A DNA stretch of 64,000 nucleotides, taken from contig OZ024745.1 in the NCBI GenBank assembly GCA_964016885.1, positions 22,258,001-22,322,000 on the forward strand, in the 5' to 3' direction. The stretch comes from Eledone cirrhosa. Lineage: Eukaryota. Shown piece by piece: positions 57,628 through 64,000 of this stretch (position 1 is its first letter; every line of letters begins with the position of its first letter). Both the position numbers and the translations under genes were made by a program. Below the pieces are notes generated by a model, which was not told the DNA's origin, made no database searches, and worked only from the letters and a program-made list of their open reading frames with translations.

Positions 57628-60600
57628 TATTTCTTTTATTTGCCACCAGGGCATCAAAAGTGGGACAAGTACAAGGGGGGGGGGGGGTTACAAAACAAGG
57701 CGTCCTCAATAAGGAGGAGGCAATAACAAAATATAAAAATAAAATAAAATATAACAGAATAGAATTTATAACAAAATCCTCAATAGAGAGGAGGCGCCTT
57801 GGGGGGTCGTACACACCCCTGAAAAAAGTGTGCAACCCTTTTCCTCAGGAGCACAGAGAAGGGGAGCTCCCTTGGTCTTTCATCTTCCTCACCGATAGTC
57901 TGATGTAGAGTGAAGGCCCATTCATACGGGCCATTCTCGCCACTTTCACCCATCTTTCATAAAAACGACTGGGGTGCAGCACCTCTCTCTCCATCCTGAT
58001 CCTTCTTCCGAAATGATATCGCAAGAAACGGACCAGTTGTTGGCCAGAGAGAAAGGTGTCTGACATCAGTCCTTTCAGATGCGTCCACCATACAACCTCT
58101 TTCGCCATGGCTATTACGCACAGAAACACCGCCTCTCCTTCGTTTTTGAAGAGGGGAGGCGGCTTGATCGTTACAATAGACTCGGTGGTCAACCGAATCG
58201 GTCCCACCCTTGACAGCAGTTGTTCGACATAGCCCCACAGATCAGCAATGCCCGAGCAGTGTACCAATGCGTGTGCAACGGTTTCCTCGTCTCACACGCA
58301 TCTGGGAGAGATCTTTTTCGAGGGGTCCCTACCCGGGCGCCCGTGTCTGTAGAGCCTTTCTCGAACGGGCAGAGCCCTTCTGTAGCACTGCCAGGCCAGG
58401 GACCTCTGGAAGTTATCCATCGGTCCCGGGCTGAATGTCCTACCGAGCAGGTTGGCCAGTTCGTCTTCCTCCATGCCTAGGGCTTCTCCGAGGGCGTCGT
58501 CTCACCTGCTAACCACCAGCCCTCTATAGAATGACGAGGTGGATTCTCCACTGACAGCCGGGTCCGCCTGCCAGAGAGCCGTGAGCGCCTGGGCACACTC
58601 GGTGTGCCAGGCGCCCAGTTTTCTCGGTCTTTGCTTGACCCAGGATTGCAGCTCGGTGAGTGAGACGAGTCTGGGAAAGGCTCGCCTCACAAACGGGGCC
58701 CACACCGGTTGACCAGAGAGGAATACCTGGAGGTGCCGTAGCCTTAATGCGTGTTTACGTATCATTAGCCACGGCATCCCCAGCCCTCCTTTCGAAGGGT
58801 GTTGACAGCATATGGATCTCCTCACCATAGGAGCCCGCTTCTTCCAAAGGAATTGGAAGAGTGCGCGCTCCATTTTGGCGAGCGTTTCCCTTGGGCAAGG
58901 CACAACGGTCAGGTGGTAGTAGATGACGGACGCTATATAAGTGTTCGCCACCTCGACCCGACCTTTCAGGGACAGTTTGCACTCGGCCCACTTCTGGGTC
59001 AGTGCAAACACCCTGTTCGTTACCTCACCCCAGTTCTTCTCCACCCGGAGGTCTGGTCCGCACCAGACCCCGAGCAACTTCACCGGGCCCTCCGTCCAGC
59101 GCCCGACGACGCCATCGGAGGGCATCGATCTGCCCCTCCACGTTCCGAGTTGCAGACCGATCGACTTGTCCCGGTTCAGCTTAGCCCCTGTAAACCTTTC
59201 GTACTCCTCCAGTAAGGTGCCGATCGCCCCGATTTCCGAGGCCGTCGACACCATTACTGTTACGTCGTCGGCGTAGGCCGACACCGCTTTCCGCAATCCC
59301 GGTTCCAACGGGATGCCCTGCAACAACTCCAACTTCCGCAGCAGTGGCTCTAGAGTCATTACATACAGAAGGGAGGAGAGAGGGCATCCCTGTCGGATGG
59401 ACCGCGCGATTTCAAACGGCTCCGAGAGGTAGCCGTTCACCTTGACCCTAGAGCAGATGCGGCTGCTGTGCATGGCATAGATCCAGCCCCTGAAAACGGG
59501 TCCGAAGCCTGCCGCTGCTAGCACCGCATCCAGGTAACCATGGTAGACCCTATCGAATGCCTTAGATTGATCCAAGTTGACCAGGGCCCCACCAAAGCCG
59601 GGTTCGTTCCCAACCCTCTCTATGATCTATCGCATGAGGTGGAGGTTGTCGTGGATGGACCTGGACGGGATAGCACATGTCTGCGCATCTCCCAGCTGGT
59701 TGCCCACGACAAGCGCCAACCTCTTTGCTAGCACCTTGGCCAAAATCTGTAACTCTGTATTTAGCCTGAAATTATTTATATGGTCCCCCTTGTTCTCGCC
59801 CTTCCTCACTAGCGTGACTACGCCCTTGGTCACAGCACAGGGAATTCTCCCGTTCTGTTGGCAGTTGCAGTAGACCGCCTCGAGGAGATCGGGGAACAAG
59901 TCCGGCATAGCTAGATATAGTTCGTATGGAAGACCATTGAGACCCGGGGATTTGCGTTTGCCGCATTGGCACAGCACGTCCTCTATCTCAGCGGCTGAAA
60001 TCGGCTCCTCGCAGGACTTCGCCTCCCTGTCCGAGAGACGCGGCAGGCCGTCGAGATATGGACCGAAGTCCACATCCCCAACCGGCTCCCCGCCCCTTCC
60101 GAACAATCCGGCAAAGTGCTTTTGAAAAGCCTCACACATCTGCTTAGGTTCAAGGATCACCCGTCCATCCTGGTCTCGCAAAGACCGGATAGTGGATCTG
60201 CTCCCTCTTTTGGCTTCTGTCACGCGGGCCCAGCTAACAGCTTTGGTCCCATCGTTTCCCAGAGCACGTATTTTGCTTCGGACGATGCAGCCTTCGTGTT
60301 TCGCGTCGAAGAACTGGCCCAGGGCCGTTCTCGACGCTAGCACTCTGGCCACGTCGCCGCTTCTAATTGCCTCTTCTACACTATCTACCAACTCCCCTTC
60401 CTTCCTATTTCTATTTGAGGCTAACTCCTTACTAAATTCTATAGAGACTACTCTAATCTCTCTTTTGAGAGATCCCCACCACCTGCTGTTGACGATGGCG
60501 CCCGTCAACCGCTCCTTAACTAAAGTGCTAATCCGGTCCCTGTAAGCCTTACTTGCCGGTAAGGACAAGTTGAGCTTCCAGTAACAGGGTCCCTGTCTAA

Positions 60601-61324
60601 GAGTTCTGTCAAGGTTGACCATGCAGGTCACTAACTTGTGGTCTGAATAGCCAACCATGCGCATTTTTGGACAACTTAAAAAGTCCTTATCCTTAATTCT
60701 AACTAAGAACCTATCTAGGTACGACCTAGATGATCCGCTACGATTTGCCCAAGTCCAGGTTGGCGCAGTCGGAAAATCTAGTCGATATCTATCGGCCAGG
60801 TCTAATCGACCGATTAACCCTTTGAGGCTATTGCACCCCTCTCTATCGGGACAGGCCCCTGCGTAGTCCCAGCGTGCATCTAGGATACCATTCCAGTCCC
60901 CCACTAATAGCAAGGAGCGGGGCGTCCCTAGAAAAGTCTCCAGACGATGGAAGAAGTCCGGCCGCATTGACCCGAAAGGGCCGTAGGCGGCTACCAACCT
61001 AAACACTCCGCCTTCACCACTGCCAAGGTCCAGAACCACTAGTCGACCCTCCGGGTCCAAATGTACCATCTGTGTTGCGAGACCCATATGTTTTTGCAGC
61101 AGAACGACAACCCCACCCCCACCTCCGGGCTGACAGAGAGATGCGTGCATCTCAAAGTCATCAAAGGTGGGGGCCAGCTGTCGCACGTTGCTGATCCGGG
61201 CCTCGCAAATAACCATCACATCTATACGTTGTGACCTGAGGTCATTTAGAAGCATTGCTTGCTTCCAAGTTGAGCCCAGGCCACGCGCATTTAAACAGCC
61301 TACTCTTAGCATAGCCATGTTGGT
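57628..61324 (-). mobile_element. Tx1 LINE copy lacking ORF1 (begins at ORF2 start), with (ATCT)n at the 3' end
   Basis: ORF2 ATG at 61318; 3' UTR matches the 15485 copy; (GATA)n at 57601-57627. Confidence 0.9.
57845..61318 (-). pseudogene. Tx1 ORF2 (APE-RT-Zn), frameshifted into four pieces
   Basis: NARGL, GDWN, SDH, SKAFDRV, QGCPLS, YADD; ORF-track fragments 59627, 58502, 58292, 57845. Confidence 0.9.
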
Positions 61325-64000
61325 TCCAGGGGTATGCCCCGCAGCAACTCCAACTTCCGCAGCAGTGGCTCGAGAGCCTATACGTACAGAAGGGAGGAGA
61401 GGGGGCACCCCTGCCTGATGGACCGGGTGATTTGAAACGGCTCCGAGAGGTAGCCGTTTACTTTAACCCTAGAGCAGACGTTGCCACTGTGCATGACAGA
61501 AATCCAGCCCCTGAAAACGGGTCCTAAGCCCACCGCCACTAGCACCGCATCCAGGTAACCATGGTCGACCCTATCGAAAGCCTTAGATTGATCCAAGTTG
61601 ATCAGGGCCCCACCAAAGCCTCTCTACGATGTATCGCATGAGTTGGAGGTTGTCGTGAATGGATCTGGACGGGATAGCGCATGTCTGCGCGTCTCCCACC
61701 AAACCACCCACCACAAGCGCCAACCTATTCACCAACACCTTGGCCAAAATCTGTAACTCTGCATTCAGCAGAGTTATGGGCCTAAAGTTACTTAAGTCGT
61801 TACCCTTGCTCTCGTCCTTCCTCACTAGCGTGACTACGCCCTTGGTCACAGAACAGGGAATTCTCCCGTTCTGTTGCCAGTTGCAATAGACAGCCTCGAG
61901 GAGTTCGGAGAACAAGCCCGGCATAGCTAAATAAAGTTCGTATGGTAGACCATGGAGACCCGGAGATTTGCGTCTGCTGCATTGGCTGAGCGCTTCACCG
62001 ATTTCAGTGGCTGTGATTGGCCTTTCGCAGCACTCCGCTTCGCCGCTCGAAAGACGCGGCAGACCGTCGAGGTATGGACTGAAGTCCACATCCCCGTCCG
62101 GCCCCCCGCCCCCTCCGAACAGTCGAGCAAAGTGCCTTTGAAAGGCCTCGCACATCCGCTCAGGTTCAAGGATCACCTGTCCATCCTGGTCTCGCAAAGA
62201 CCGAATGGTGAATTTAATCCCACTCTTGGCTTCTGTCACGCGGGCCCAGCTAACAGCTTTGGTCCCCTCGTTTCCTAAAGCACGTATTTTACTTCGGACA
62301 ACGCAGCCTTCGTGCTTCGCGTCAAAGAACTGGCTCAACGCCGTTCTCGACGCTAACACTCTGGCTACGTCTCCGCTCCTAATCGCCTCTTCTAGTTTAT
62401 CTGTTAACTCCCTTTCCCTCCTATTTCTATTCGCCGTTAGTTCCTTATTGTAACCTATCGAACTTACTTTAATCTCTCTCTTTAGAGATACCCACCACCT
62501 GCTGTTGACGATCGCTCCCGTCAACCGCATCTTAACTAAGCTACTAATCCTGTTCCTGTAAGCTTCCTTTGCCGGCAAGGACAAGTTCATCTTCCAGTAA
62601 CCGGGACTCTGTCTATGCGTTCTATCAAGGTTGACCACGCAGGTCACTAATTTGTGATCTGAATAGCCAACCATGAGCAATTCTGAACAACTAAATACGT
62701 CCCTATCCTTACTCCTAACCAAAAACCTATCTAGGTACGATCTAGATTGACCACTGCGGTTTGCCCAGGTCCAGGTTGGCACAGTTGGAAAATCTAGTCG
62801 AAATCTATCGACCAGGTCGAATCGATGGAGTAACCCCTTAAGGCTGCTACACCCCCCTCTATCGGGACATGCCCCTGCATAGTCCCAACGCGCATCTAGG
62901 ATTCCATTCCAGTCCCCCACTAAAAGCAGGGAACGCGACGTACCTAGAAAAGTTTCCAGACGCTGGAAGAAGTCGGCTCTTTCAGTCCCGAAGGGGGCAT
63001 AAAGACCGACCAGTCTGAAAGCCCCGCCTTCACCGCCTCCGACGTCCAGAACCAGTAATCGACTCCCCGGGTCCGAGTGAACAATCTGTACGTCGAGAGC
63101 CAGACGTTTATCCAGCAGTACGGCAACCCCACCCCCACCTCCGGGTTGACAGAGAGATGCGTGCATCTCAAAGTCATCGAAGGTGGGAGCCAGCTGTCGC
63201 ACGCTGCTGATCCGACTCTCGCAAACAACCATCACATCTATACTTCGTGACCTGAGGTCACTTAGAAGCTTTGCTTGCTTCCAAGCTGAGCCCAGGCCAC
63301 GCGCATTCAAACAGCCAACTCTCAATTGATCTATTTTGGTGTTGAAAGTGAAGAAAGAAAAGCACCTACCTCTCCAGGTTGTGTAATTTCCATGGGGTCG
63401 GGTGTGTTGGGTGGAGGGATGTTTTGTGGTGGTGTGGGGGTATCCGAGTGTGGTGGGGTTGGGGTATTTGGAGTTGTGTCAGGGAGAGGGGAGGTTATGG
63501 GGAAATCTTTCAAGAGGACGCGATTTAACGGTTTTAAACAGGGAGGGGCTCACGTCCTGTTTAAATTGTTCTTTTAAGGAACGATAAAGGTCCAGAGGGA
63601 CCTTTATCATTTTTAAATGGATGAAGTTCTCTGTTGAGATTAAGTTTGGCCCTTCGGTCTGCACCAAAGGGCTATTGTTTATTAATTTAAACAGTTTTTT
63701 GTTTTCTTTATTTATATATGTGTATTGCAAAGTCTTTTTTTGTGATGCTGTCAATGTTTCGGAGAGGGGATGCGCAGATTTATTTTTGTTTGTCGAGGGT
63801 GGGGCGTTTTTGATTGGAGTTGGTGTTTGTGTGTGGGTTATTTGTGGTGTACTGGGTGTGTGCTTTCGTTTTTTTCTTTTAACTTGTCTGAAGGCTTCTC
63901 CTCCTTCTTCTTCAGAAGTTGGGGGAAACTCTTCAGCGCTAGGTGGGAGGGACGTGGTGTCTGGTTGTTGTTTTTTTGCGGGAGGGGTAGATTTGTTGCT
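61322..64000 (-). mobile_element. Third Tx1 copy: ORF1 3' part + ORF2 APE and N-terminal RT, truncated before YADD
   Basis: ORF 61583-63325 (APE to LQLMR), then DQSKAFD...QGCPLS...GIPLEP, then junction; ORF1 tail PMEITQPG; runs off the right edge. Confidence 0.9.

Noticed and set aside
59627-63325. Functional two-endonuclease fusion protein
   Set aside because: The junction is out of frame, and the upstream copy has a frameshifting deletion (~61620) and a stop (61378).

Overview
AT-rich, microsatellite-saturated animal non-coding DNA, most likely cephalopod (octopus-like); this is inferred from the tRNA-type SINE family and the (AT)/(GT)/(GGT)/(GAT) density. No host protein-coding gene can be confidently called, and nearly all ORF-track entries are repeat artefacts. 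Main contents: (1) a 5.5-kb 30-bp satellite and a 52-bp minisatellite; (2) Tx1/L1-clade LINEs, namely a full-length decayed copy (15485-21168, minus), a chimeric locus with two different ORF2s joined at an ORF2 start codon (57628-64000, minus) and a 3' fragment (~46930-47300, plus); (3) many Penelope-like (PLE) small elements in (TA)n tracts, arranged as palindromes or tandems, several with type I hammerhead ribozyme (HHR) folds; (4) SINEs, Tc1/mariner MITEs, non-autonomous Helitron ends and an R4/Dong-like RT relic. The most interesting observations are consensus splice signals bracketing Tx1 ORF1 (a possible spliced ORF2 mRNA or ORF1-ORF2 fusion), the double-ORF2 chimera whose breakpoint falls at that acceptor, and the diverse HHR-bearing fold-back elements. 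All calls were made by eye; boundaries of decayed repeats are approximate.
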